Under the pieces are notes generated by a model, which worked only from the letters and a program-made list of their open reading frames with translations, did no database searches and had not been told where the DNA came from. From Felis catus (taxonomy: Eukaryota): DNA of 64,000 nt. This document shows, in pieces, positions 24,455 through 36,474 of this stretch. The stretch lies in NCBI RefSeq assembly GCF_018350175.1, contig NC_058383.1, positions 14,138,001-14,202,000 of the forward strand, given 5' to 3'. Position numbers and translations under genes: made by a program. Position 1 is the first letter of the stretch; each line of letters begins with the position of its first letter.

Positions 24455-24800
24455 TGTTAGGGGCCGAGCTGTGCCCCCACAAAGTCATATATGGAGGTCC
24501 CAGCCCCCAGTGTCTCAGAGGGTAACCGTGCTTGGAGATGAGATCTTGAAAGAAGTTAAAATGGGGTCTTCAGGGTGGGCCCTCAGATCATGTGACTGGA
24601 GTCCTTGGAAAAGGGGAGATTTGGACCCAGCAAAAATGCAGCCACCTGCAAGCCAAGGCGAGCGGCTTCCTTCCTTCCCAAAGAAATCCACTCTGCCCAC
24701 ATCTTGATCTCAGACTTCCGGTCCCCGGGCTGAGAGAATCCATTTTTGTTGTGTAAGCCCCCCCTCCCCACCCCCCGGCCCGGCCCCCAGGCAACTGTCG
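24455..24800 (+). mobile_element. MLT1B-like MaLR LTR
   Basis: tgttaggggccgagctgtgccccc..cagggtgggccctc..caagccaagg..cttgatctcagacttcc. Confidence 0.75.
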
Positions 24801-25220
24801 AAGTAACCCAGATCTGCCAGATGATGTATCCCTTCTCTGAGCTTGGGTGCCGTGGCCGAATCGTGCCGTCGCCCCAGTTCTGTCTCTCAGGCCTCTGTAG
24901 AAAGTTCTCATCACACCCAGCCCGTCCGCTGCTGTCCCTGTTGACACACTTCACCTCACGTCAGTCCTTCCCATCTCAGCCCCGCCATCTGAGAGACTTA
25001 CCCTCTGAGGATGGGGCCAGGAGGCCCTCTCTGGCTAAGTTTTCCAGCTCCCAGGCCCAGCTTTCTGGCTTCCCTCCCCTCACTCGAGATGGAAAACAGC
25101 TAGTGGCCCTAAAAGGGCTCTCCGCGTATTTCCCTTCTTGGTTTTGTGGCATGGTGGGTGTTATTAAAGGCCCGTTTTACATTGTTCTGTGCGTAGCTAC
25201 CAAGTTGGCATTAAACAATT

Positions 25221-25446
25221 CTTTTTTTTTTTTAATTATTTTAATGTTTGTTAATTTTTGAGAGACAGACAGAGACAGCACGAGCAGGGAAGGGCAGAGA
25301 GAGAGGGAGACACAGAATCCGAAGCAGGCTCCAGGCTCCGAGCTGTCAGCACAGAGCCCGATGGGGGGGTCTCGAACTCTTGAACTGCTAGATCATGACT
25401 TGAGCTGAAGTCGGGACATTGGACTGACTGAGCCGCCCAGGCGCCC
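25221..25446 (-). mobile_element. CAN-SINE
   Basis: TSD tggcattaaa. Confidence 0.94.
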
Positions 25447-25519
25447 TGGCATTAAATGGATTTCTAAGGTAACTCTCACAGCAGCACTAAAAATTGTATG
25501 GGAAATGATAGAGGGAGTT

Positions 25520-25745
25520 TAGGGCAGTACATGTGAGTTCTGAATCTGGAATCAGCCTGCTGTACGAACTGTGGGGCTTGGGGGCATTATCTAATTGTCT
25601 ACAACTCAGTGTCTGTATATCTACAAGATGGGGGTGAGAATCGCCGTCAGTCATGGGGTGTCGTGCAGCGTAGAGATACAACATATGAAGCCGAAGCTAT
25701 CTGGAGCGAACATTCAGGAATGGTTGCTTAGCTGTTAGAAATACT
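25520..25745 (+). mobile_element. MIR fragment
   Basis: ctcagtgtctgtatatctacaagatgggg resembles the MIR core. Confidence 0.55.
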
Positions 25746-26029
25746 AGTTTCGTGGTAAGGACCTCCAAGATAATTCGAGACTCCGACGTGCCCTCTAAAT
25801 CAATAGAGATCTGCTCTGTCGGATACACTAAATAATGGTGCTTATGATCTTTATGTGGAGCATAAGTTACTCTATACAGGTTCTCCAAAAATGGTAATCC
25901 ACGTAAAGAAACTGTGCATGTGGCTGATTTTTGAACAAAGCGAAGTCTGCTTTTTTTGTGAGTCGGTGAGTCCTTAGATTTATAGTTCCGGGTTAATTTC
26001 CTTTTGTTATTTGAAACTAGAAGTTAGAT

Positions 26030-26230
26030 GGGGCGCCTGGGTGGCTCTGTGCGTTGAGCGTCCGACTCTTGATTTCGGCTCAGGTCATGACCTCATGGTT
26101 TGTGGGATCGAGCCCCACACCGGGCTCTGTGCTGTCAGTGCTTGGGATTCTCTCTGCCCCTCCCCCACTTGCTCCCATTCTTTCCCTCTCTCTCTAGATA
26201 AATAAATAAACATTAAAAACAAAGCAAAAA
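26030..26230 (+). mobile_element. CAN-SINE
   Basis: TSD aaactagaag. Confidence 0.93.
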
Positions 26231-28309
26231 AACTAGAAGGTGGAACTGCATTTCTCCCTAATTTCCCTTCTCCCTTGCTCCTCTCCAAGAGAAAGGAGCT
26301 CTTTCCTGTTTGGGTTAGAATCGAGGACCCCCGTTTCTGGTGAGGTGGGCCATAGCTTGTGAACACCCTGTGCATGGGAGCGTGGGCTCTTTGGCTTTGT
26401 CTCGTCCGTGCTTCGGCCCTAAACTGAGCAGGGCCCCACCTCCTGGGTCAGCCCAACTCTCTTTCCATCTTTGCTCTGCTCCTGTGGGCATTTCATTGCC
26501 TTCATAGCGTAAGTGGCGCGTGGCAAAGCTTGCATTTTGGGTTTGGGCTTAGTAGAGAGACTTGTAGAGCTCGATCCTCAACCCCGTGCATCAGCCAGGT
26601 TGCACTTCACGTTGGCCATGGCCCTTGGGGTCTGACCGACCTCTCGAGCACGACGACGGAAAGGAGAGGTTATTAGCCTACTATGATCAGCACTCCAAAC
26701 TCAGTTGCCAAACAGAAGGGTCTTAACGGCCATTATTTCTCTAGCCAGTACCAAAATGAGAATGGGTTTGGAGCAAACTTAGCTCCCTGGTCCTGTAAGT
26801 CAAGGCGGATGCTATATTGGGAAAATAAATATTTTCCCTAAGGCAGAAAAGCCTGAGCTTGCAGCAGGTAGCAACTTCCCTTGGGACTGGGCCCGTGTTT
26901 CTCGTATTTTCTCTTTTTTCTCCTCAATGGTAAATACACGGGCAGATCACCGCCCTCACCTCTGCTCCCCAGATTTCCTTCCTGTTTTCTCTGGCTTTTG
27001 CATTTAAAAGCAAAGCTTAACGTCTCTGACAGATGGTCGAGGCCACAGGGTAAGAAGGACTAACCGCCAAGAGGCAAGGACACCTGCCTTAAAACGACCA
27101 GTCCACCAAGAGGGTCTGGGATCAAGACGCGGTGACATTTTTTCGAGGGGCGGGTAGAAAGCTCTCCCGAGTTTTGCCGACTTTTGTCTGCTTTGTGTAT
27201 TGACAGCTGACACTGTGGTCAGTGTGGGTAGGTGGTTTTCTTTTGAGAGAAGCCACAAAAAGAAATTGCTTCCTAACGTTATTTTGTCCCCCGCCTTGTC
27301 CATTTTCCATCGTGGGATTCTTTGTTCTCGAGAGGAGAGTTTGTGCTTAAGAAGAGAGAGATGCTGACCTTGTGGTAGGTAACCTACAAGATGTCCGGGG
27401 TGTGGTGCTGCCTGTTCAGAGCCAGGCCATTTGATACAGTGAAATGTCTGCTGCAATGCTTCGGACACATCACCGGGTCACTGGACCCAAGCGTATCTCA
27501 CCAGAAATGAGCCCCAGGGAGAGTGAGGATACAGGGAAGGTTTGGTTGTGTCTTTTTGCGGCAGTAGCTCAGCGTAAATGTAGAATACACCTGGGTACGT
27601 TAAGTGTGTGTGTTTTGATTCATGCCCCAGCGCTCTTGAATGAGGTTTCCATACAAGAAAGAGAGGAAGATGGCAAAAAGATCGGATGCTCCTTGGAAGG
27701 CAGCCTTTCTCATGGCCCTTCTCTCGGCAGTTGTTTCTGCCAACAGGGGCCGTGGGGTCGCGTGCGTGATGCGTATGGGCCAGAGCCACTGATCAGAGCT
27801 GGTCTGCTGTCCCAGTCCCTGGAGAGGATGGGCTGTCAAGGGAAGGAGTGGGGGAGGTGGGAGCGATCTTGGCCATGAGGGCTGACAAGTCAGTGTGATC
27901 CAGTGGTTAGGGCAAGGGGAAAGCTAGGATGTGGGTCATTGATGCTGTGGCCATCCTCTGAGGAAGCCCCTGTAGGGATGTCACGGGTGGGGGGCAGGAG
28001 AAGGGTTGGCCTGGCCTCCGCTGTCCTTCAACCGGAGTGTCTTTGCTTTGAACTTCTCACGTATTGGGCCTGTCCCGCAGGACTGTTTGAACAAAGACTG
28101 TAGATGAAATAAGATTAAAAACCACTTCTGAGGAATCCCAAGGGGCCTGAGGCGTGGTCATTAGGAACAGCTGGTCATTAAGAAGGAGCAGCTGTACAAG
28201 ATGGGCTCGAACTTGAATTTCAAATGTAAAGTGAAGAATGCAGAGTCTAAGAGAAAGACAGCCTAGTTTAGGGGGTCAGATCCTACCCTTGTGTTTTTTG
28301 AAGAAAAAA

Positions 28310-29170
28310 AATAAAAGGTTTTTTGTGTTTATTTTTGGATTTCTAAATCGATGTTTCATGTACACATGGAGTGAAATGTAACAGGTTTTAACTGTACAAC
28401 TTTGATCAGTTGCATTCGTGTAACACCAATATATAGACCAATTCCATCACTCCAGAAGGTGCTCTTACCCCCCTTCCCAGTCATTCTCCATCCACCAGAA
28501 ACAAGCACTATTCTGGTATTTTCATCGTAGATTAGATTTGCCTATTCCAGTACTTAACAGAAATGAAATCATCAAGTACATACTCTTGTTTCTGTTTTTT
28601 TTCTTCTTCTTCACTCAGCATTTATTTTTGTCAGAGGTCTATCGACTTTTCCTTAAAGAAACCAATAATGATTATTTTAGGCTCCACAATGGTTAAGTCT
28701 CTGATGATATGCAAATGACTGGTCACTGCTCTGTTTCAATAAAACTTTATTTACAAAAACAGGTGGCCATTCCACAGGTGGAATTTGCTGACCCTTGCTC
28801 TATGTTTGTTTAACAAAATTTTTTTAATTACTTATGAGAAGTATTCCACGTATGAATATATCACAATTTATTCAAACCTCTGTTGACGGACACCCAGGCT
28901 GTTTCCAGTTTGTGGCTATTATGAATAAAGCTACTATGAATGTTTTTGTGTGAAGACTTTCATGAGCCTAAATTCTGATTCCTCTTGTACAAAAACCCTG
29001 GAGTGTGATTACGGTCACACCCCACTGTCATATAGGGTAGGCGTATGTTCCACTCTTAAAAAAAGTACCAGTTCTGCAAAGTCATTGTACCAATTTATAC
29101 TTCTGTCAACAACGTATGAGAGTTCCGGGTGCTCCTCATCCTTGCCAACGTTTGGCATTGTCAGTCTTCT
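28310..29170 (-). mobile_element. Old L1M(E) 3' fragment interrupted by MER58A
   Basis: attccatcactccagaagg..aaatgaaatcat..ggctgtttccagttt..ggctattatgaataaagctactatgaa. Confidence 0.75.
28632..28797 (+). mobile_element. MER58A hAT-Charlie element
   Basis: cagaggtc..tgtttcaataaaactttatttacaaaaacaggtggcc..tttgctgacccttg. Confidence 0.75.
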
Positions 29171-30724
29171 TTCATTTTGGTGGTTGTCGTGGGTGTGGGG
29201 TCGTGTCTCATCGTGCCGTGAATCCTCGACTGATACGGTTCCATCCTAGAAGTTGTTATTTCGGAGTTATTTCTGAGGTGGCTGGAAAGACCATGCTTCT
29301 TCCTATGATCAACCTTCCAAGCATTTAATAGCTTCTCTTTACATAGAATCTGGATGAGTGAGTGGCATGGGTATATTCAGCCTTTGGCAGAATGTATTTT
29401 GGTCTTTAATCATCATCTCCTTTAATCGTCCCCATGAATCAGATTTGACACCGATATCCCTGTGTCTTATTTGGTGTAAAATATCCCACTTCCTTGGTTC
29501 AGTTGGTGGAGTAGAGCTGGGAGAAGGGTGTTAGCAATGACGTCATTTCGGGTTTTACAAATGTCATGCTTAGAGCTTTCAGACCGGGCTGGTCCTCGTT
29601 TATCAAAACACCCAGTTGATTCCTTCCTGCCATATGGTTGATTTTCCCTGGGGGTGAGGGGAAAGATGGAGAAAACAGACCCATCTGCTGCTGGTGATTC
29701 TGTTTGTGTTTGGATGTGGAGTTTAATTTGTATCAGAAAATAGCGGTATTTTTATTCCATTGATTTCCTTTTTTTTTTTTGCTTCTTTTCTAAAAGGGAA
29801 GAATAAAAGCTGGGAAATTAGCTAGAGAAATAGCAAGTAAATAATAAAATAATGTGGTTTTGGTCCAGGTGCAACAGAAAAAAGGAATGTAGTAACATGC
29901 CCAAGGTCACTTAGCTTGGACGGTGGTCCTACTTGAGTGGGTATTTGAAGTTGCAAATTACTTGGTGTTTCATGTGATACTTCAGTGAATATTTTTTCCC
30001 CACCCCGAGGGTGGGGATTTGGCATCTTAAGAAAAAAACAAACAAACAAACAAACAAAAAAACCTTCTGGATCCTCAAGTTGAAATAATGGTATTCCCTG
30101 GAAGGTCTGATATTGGAATTAGAGGAAGGAGAAGGGTGAGGTAGATTTGGGAGAAGAGAACTTTTTCTAGAGATTCAGCCACGCGACGAAATAGAGCCTA
30201 CCCCTGGCGTTGTGGCTGACTGGTGGGGACACGAGGTGATGGGGGCAATAGCCTGGGTGTTGAGGAGGAGTTTGATTAGCCCTGCATCCCTGGCTGTCAT
30301 CGTTGAATCTCTCTGTACCTCTGTTCTCTCATCTAGAAAATCGGATCCTTGGATGTGATCTTTCTCCCCTCCAGCTCTAAACTTTACTCATTACTTAGAG
30401 CAACTTTGGCTTCCTCCATTTTTGTTACCCCTTTCAATCCAACAGTGATGTCTTGGTAGAGTTGTGAACCACACACCAGCACCCGTCGGTGTTCCAGTGC
30501 GGTCTCAGATTTGTATGGTCCTGTTGTAACAAGGTCTTTAAGGAATTAAAGGGAACAAAGAGATGGGTAAGAGCTGTCTGTCCCTGTGTCTGGAGACGCT
30601 ACAATGGCCTCTGGCCACAGCTTCTGAGTGTTACACCCACTTTTAGGTCCCAGGGATGTGAGTTGACCTAGACAGGTGTTTGCCTGGCCCTCGGCCTGGG
30701 GTGGAGGGGCTAAATGGGGATGCA

Positions 30725-30955
30725 TTAGTAGCTGACGTGTATTGAGCACACAGTCTGTGTTTGGCCCCTGCTGAGAACTTTACACACATTACCTTATAAT
30801 GTATCCTTAGAACAACTCTAATGGGTGGATATTGTGATTAATGCCATTTTACGAATGAGTTCACCCTAAAACCTTGAAGTAATAACACACCTAAGATGAC
30901 AGAGGAGGGGTTTGGACCTCGGTTGTTCAATCTGGAGCCGACGATCTTAACCATT
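30725..30955 (-). mobile_element. MIR
   Basis: tagctgacgtgtattgagcac..aacaactctaatg..ccattttacgaatgag..cttaaccat. Confidence 0.65.
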
Positions 30956-31219
30956 ATTTCATGAGTAGCATCGTAATAACAATATCGATAAGCCGATATT
31001 TCTTGACGCTTGCTCTTGGCCAGGCGCTGTGCAGACCACTGCCCGTGGGCTGGGAAGCTGTTGGTGAGGATAAGGTTGGTTGGCAGGGTGGGCCAGATCT
31101 AGGGCAGGCGACACGCCGTAGGTTGGTGTTCCGTGTCTTCTTAGATTCTGTGTTTATGTCTTTGGCATCCATTCATCACAGAGCCAAACTAACGGCCAGA
31201 GGTGTTTTGTCCTCCCCTG

Positions 31220-31615
31220 TGATCCAGAGCCCATACTCTGAACCGCCTTCTATCTAACTGTCACTCACCAGGCCAGTATCCCCCCTCCCCCCCTGCTTTA
31301 CATCAACCCAGGGCCAAGTGCGCAGACAACTGGGGACAGCCCCTCTGCCCCAAGTGTGCCGGAATTATTCAGACTGCCAACCCTATGCTGTTTACCTGCC
31401 CTGCTTTGCTGTGGCCTAACCTTTTGCCTCAACTCCTTCTGTCTCCTGAACGACTCCTGGTGTGTCCCCAGGTGGCCCTGTGTGGTGTGGTTGTGTGTGT
31501 GTGTCCCCTTTCTCTCGGGAAATGTAAGTAATAAATGTCTTCTTTCAAAGGCATCGGCCTCCCCGGTTGTGGCTCAGTCACTTCCATAAATTAAAATCCT
31601 ATGGTACCATTGGAG
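31220..31615 (+). mobile_element. MER73/MER74-like ERVL LTR
   Basis: atccagagccca..caacccagggcca..gacaactggggacagcccct..ggaattattcagact..gtaagtaataaa..ccataaattaaaatcc. Confidence 0.75.
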
Positions 31616-31810
31616 CGGTGACAAGGCGCTGACCAAAGAATGGTCCTGAAAGGAGACCTAGACACTGGAGAATGGCATCGTCGACTCTGGGCACGTATAT
31701 ATTTAAAAACCTGCCAAAGAGTCCGTTGGGTCTTTGCGGAGATACTTGAGGAACAAGTTCGTGTAGCAGAGCCGTAGAACAAGAAGAAGCCTGGCACCTG
31801 CCTAGCCTGG

Positions 31811-32363
31811 TGTGCAGAAAATATTTAACCTGGCAGACCAGAGGCTGTTATCTTCACGGAGATATCTACCTAACAGGTTGGCCCTTGGCTGGCATCTGAG
31901 AACTTGGATTTTGAGAGAGTTTCCACCCTTTCCTAACTGATACGAGTGGCCCACGGTGCCTGAGCTGTGCAAATAATATGGTTCATGCTGCGCCCCTGCT
32001 TTCCTGCTGGGAGGCTGGAGCTTAGGTACGTGGTGGGCCTTTGTGACCAACCCCCGGTCATAACCGTGGGCACCGGGTCTCTGATGAGCTTCCCTGGTAG
32101 GAAATTTTTCACGTGTGTTGTCACAACTCCTTGCTGGCAGTGCTAAGTGCATCCTGCGTGACTTTACGGGGAGGGGATTCTGGAAGCCTCTGCCCGGTTC
32201 TCTCTAGGACTTGTTCCTTGTGCCTTTTCCCTTTGCTGATTTTTTGCTTTGCATTCTTTCCCTATAATAAGTCATAGCATGAATGTGACTTAGTATATAC
32301 TGGGTCCCGTGAGTCCCCTCCTGAGTCATCGGCATGGAGGCGGTCTTGGGGGTCCTCAACACA
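31811..32363 (+). mobile_element. MER68 ERVL solo LTR, full length
   Basis: Starts tgtgcagaaaa, contains ggttggcccttggctggcatctgagaacttggattt and gagcttccctggtag, ends ggtcttgggggtcctcaacaca; colinear with the recalled MER68 consensus. Confidence 0.85.
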
Positions 32364-33115
32364 CCCGAGTTTGAAACTTGCTTATGCTGCTTAATACTGC
32401 GTGGCCTGGAGACTATCGCCAAAGCAGAACCTTATTCCTCCCCTGTGAAACAGGATGAAAATACCAATTCAAATGGGTATGGTCTGGGGTCCGTGAGAAA
32501 TACGCAGCTAGTAGCCTTCAACAAATACTAGTTCTTTTCTGCCATCCCATCCAAATAAGTAGCACTAACCAACTGAGTGAGGTTAACCAAAATGAGTGAT
32601 GAGTAGGTGGACGTGGCTTGTCAGAAAGGAAAGACCTTCAGGTATCTTCAGTTTCCGATTATCGTTTCCTTAATCGACTGGGTTATGTTCCTTGCTCTCT
32701 GTTGATCTGGAATATACGTATTAAACTTGACCCTGTACCAGAGAGTGAGAAGAAGCCAAAAGACTTGGAACCCCCCGCATTTTCCCTGGGATGTCTTGAC
32801 TAGCAGTAAATGACTGACGCCAACACAGAACTCTAAGAATGAAGGACCTCGCCGTCACCCGTCCCCTAGCTTACGTAGCTCTGGAAGGTGGGGATCTCGC
32901 GTTGGCCAAGAAGCCCCTGTACTCCTGGGGTCTGCAGGTGCTGTGGCTGCAAAATTCAGTATTGAAGGAATTTTTATGTCTGCGCTGCATCTAGAAGGTC
33001 TCCGTGTTTCCCATCAGGGAGACTTTTCGCGTGTGTGTGCTCCCCTCCGCTCTCCTAAAAAAAGAAATCTGGGTCAAAACTGAGTGCGTAGTTCTCTTCG
33101 TTGATGTGCTGGCCG

Positions 33116-33292
33116 CAGGGGTTCTTGAACTCCAGCTGGCTTTAGCATCACCTGGAACATTTGTTAAAGCACAAATTGCAGGCACCATCCCCAGAGTTTT
33201 TGATCCGTAGGTCTGGGTGGGGCCTGAGAGTTTCCGTTCTAAATGGTTCCCAGCTGCTGCTGCTGGTGGCCGTCACACTTTGGGCAGCTCTG
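33116..33292. mobile_element. MER5A
   Basis: caggggttcttgaact..catcacctggaa..ttgttaaagcacaaattgc..ccccagagttt..gtaggtctgggtggggcctgaga..cacactttg. Confidence 0.82.
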
Positions 33293-33631
33293 TTACGAGG
33301 ATGCAGCTTCTGTTACAGCATAGCTGGCTCTGGCTAAGGAACGTCTCTCTTGTTTGTCAAGAGTGACTCATTTAAGCACCTGACTATGCTGCGTTCACTC
33401 TAATTAATGGCCTAGGGCTTAAGCCTAATTTACAGGGTAAGAAGCCCTGAATTTTCTCTTTGAATGATCTCACAAATAATCTGTTTTTTTCCACAGATGA
33501 TGTTTCAAGTCTCTTGTTTGTTCTCTTGTTTGACTTGTGTTCAGAATACCACTATTGCTACTGTTGTAACTTTTGTAACCCACTGGTATATATAAGTGGT
33601 TTGAGCAGCTGCTTGTGGATTAGGATTCACG

Positions 33632-34341
33632 ATCATCCATCCACCCATCCATCCATCCATCCATCATTCCATCCATCCATCCACCCACCCATCCATCCAT
33701 CATCCATCTATACATCCATCCACACATCCATCCATCCATCCATCCATCCATCCATCCATCCGTCATTCCATCCACCCGCCCACCCATCCATCCATCATTC
33801 CATCCATCCATCCATCCATCCATCCATCCATCCATCATTTCATCCATCCATCCATCCATCCATCCATCCATCCATCATTCCATCCATCCATCATTCCATC
33901 CATCCATCATTCCATCCATCCATCCATCCATCATTCCATCCACCTATCCATCCATCCATCATTGCATCCATCCATCTATCCATCCATCCATCCATCCATC
34001 CATCCATCCATCCATCCATCATTTCATCCACCCACCCACACATCCATCCATCATTCCATCCAACCATCCATCATTCCATCCACCTATCCATCCATCCATC
34101 ATTCCATCCATCCATCCATCCATCCATCCATCCATCCATCCACTCACCTATCCAGCCAGCCATCCAGCCACCCATCCATTCATCAGTCCATCAAACCTCC
34201 TATCTATCCAGCCATCCATCCGTCCATCCATCTGCCTACTCACCCAGCAACTCATCTACTCAGTCATGCACCCACCCACCTGTCCATCCACCCATCTATC
34301 CACCCAGCCACCCAGCTAGCTAGTCAGCCAGCCAGCCAGCC
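33632..34341. repeat. (TCCA)n tetranucleotide array, ~700 bp, degenerating to (CCAG)n at the right end
   Basis: Directly visible; gives the spurious HPSI/MDGW repeat ORFs. Confidence 0.97.
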
Positions 34342-34995
34342 ACCCTTTTACCCAACATAATGTGCTGGTAGGCTGTAGAGTTATAAAGAAAAATAAGAGG
34401 ATGATTCTGTTCTCAAGAGGTTTATGGTAATAAAAACTCCTCTTTCTTGTCTTCCCTGGAGAAAATGTGCGTTTCTTTCTTCCTAGTGAGTTGCGATTAA
34501 TAGTTGAATCCATTGGATTAATACCATCACTTCCCTGCAAGCGTTCATTTCCTCAGAAAATGTTTTGAGAAGTCTGCTGATTTCTTGAAGTAAAGGCGTA
34601 AATGTTTTTAACCCAATACCTTATGGGGAAAGGCAGTTCAAGGAAGCTTTTCATAGCCTCTGGGTGTTAATGACAGAAAGGTTTTCTTTGAATTAGGATG
34701 CTGCTTTTCAGAAACCTCTGCCATGGTATCAGGTTATCCAGAAAGACCCATGTCTGTTTCAGTAAGCCCAGCCAGCGGCTCTGTGCAGGATGGTTGGGGA
34801 AGGGGGCGTTTGCAGTGGTCGAGCACCCCTGTGAATAATTCTAGAACATCTTCCTGGGGCTTCTTTGACCAGGGACCACTTTGGCTTTCGCTGCTTCAAT
34901 GGTTCCTACAGGCCATTTCTGAAGGATTTAAGATGATGTCTGTGCTCCAAGTGTCAGAAATCTGCATTGTAAAGTTTTCTTGAAATACCCGAATT

Positions 34996-35182
34996 GGGGC
35001 GCCTGGGTGGCTCAGTCAGTTAGGTGTTCGACTCTTGGTTTCAGCTCAGGTCGTGGTCTCACGGTTTGTGAGTTCGAGGCCCACGCTGGGCTCTGTGCTG
35101 AAAGTGTGGAGCCTGCTTGGAATTCTCTCTCTCTTCCCTCTCCTCTCTCTCTCTTTTAAAAAGAAATAAACACTAAAAAAAG
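34996..35182 (+). mobile_element. CAN-SINE
   Basis: Head and CT tract; TSD ccgaatt. Confidence 0.92.
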
Positions 35183-35681
35183 ATCCGAATTATTTTCACC
35201 TCTTCTTTTCCTTGTCCCATCTTAATGTAAACAAATAGAGCTCTTTACATGGTTGTAGTCATTATGGATATTCAATTTTTTGGCTTTTCTCACTTCACGC
35301 TATTTGGTAAATGTTCTTTTTCGCTCCTACATGGCCATAATGACTTGGTAATAGTTACAGTTTAATATGCTTGTATTGCTTTTCGATTTTCCATGGCTGG
35401 ATATTAGGTCATTTCTATTTTTTTAACGTAACTAAATGCTTCTGCACCTAGTATCTACATACATACAGAAAGAAAAAAAACCAGGCACACTCTTTTTTTC
35501 TTCTTTGGAATTATTTACATTCATTTCGAGGACTGGGCTATTGTTCGTGTTGGTATAGTTTCAATTACTCTTGATACAACGTGTGAGACCTTCTTCCCGA
35601 GGAACGGAACCCATTATCTCCCTGCCAAAATTGAGCTTAGTAATTTTTCTTTGTTTTTCCAATTTAATAAGTTAAAAAAAG

Positions 35682-35884
35682 TCTTTTAATGTTTTTATTT
35701 ATTTTTGAGAGAGAGTAAGACAGAGCGCGAGCAGGGGAGGGACAGAGAGAGAGGGAGACACAGAATCCGAAGCAGGCTCCAGACTGTCAGCTTGGAGCCC
35801 CATGTGGGGCTCGAACTCACAAGCCGTGGGATCATGACCTGCGCCAAAGTCAGACCTTAACCAACTGAGCCACCCAGGTGCCCC
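35682..35884 (-). mobile_element. CAN-SINE
   Basis: TSD tccaatttaataa. Confidence 0.93.
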
Positions 35885-36071
35885 TCCAATTTAATAAATT
35901 GTAAAGTGTATTCCCACTGTTTTGGTTTATACTTCTTTAATTACTAATACCATTTAACCTTTTTTCAGTTATTGGTTTACTAAAGGAGTTCTGTTTACCC
36001 TCGTGTTTATATTTGTGCTGGAGACTGTTGATATGTGATTCCTTTGTTATAGATGTTTACATATATACTCT

Positions 36072-36074
<3 letters not shown>

Positions 36075-36105
<31 letters not shown>
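36075..36105. repeat. (TG)n microsatellite
   Basis: Directly visible. Confidence 0.95.
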
Positions 36106-36107
<2 letters not shown>

Positions 36108-36377
36108 ATAATACTTACGTCTGGAAATTTCCAATGCTGTGTTTTCTTTTTAATTAGGTTTTCTTGGCTTCATAAAAGCTGATGACTTTATAAAAATACA
36201 TAAAATAACAAGTTCTGCCTGTTTGGAACTCAGATATTAATTGAATGGATGGATATTTGAAGACTCTTCTAGTATAATAAGTTTAAGAGCCACTTGGGAG
36301 AAGGATGTTGTTACTACGTTTTAATTTTTTAATTCCTTATGCTGTATTTTCATTTCCGTGACTTAAAAACTCTTGAA

Positions 36378-36474
36378 TTTTATTTAAGTAACCTCTACCA
36401 CCAACGGATGATTCGAACTCATGACACCAAGATCAAGAGTCATGTGCTCCACTGAAGGAGCCAGCTGGGCGCCC
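36378..36474 (-). mobile_element. Short tRNA-derived CAN-SINE
   Basis: ttcgaactcatgacaccaagatcaagagtcatgtgctcc..gagccagctgggcgccc. Confidence 0.8.

Noticed and set aside
33460..34323. Longest ORF (287 aa, His/Pro/Ser/Ile-rich)
   Set aside because: It is the translation of the (TCCA)n array, which lacks stop codons; no protein family signal.
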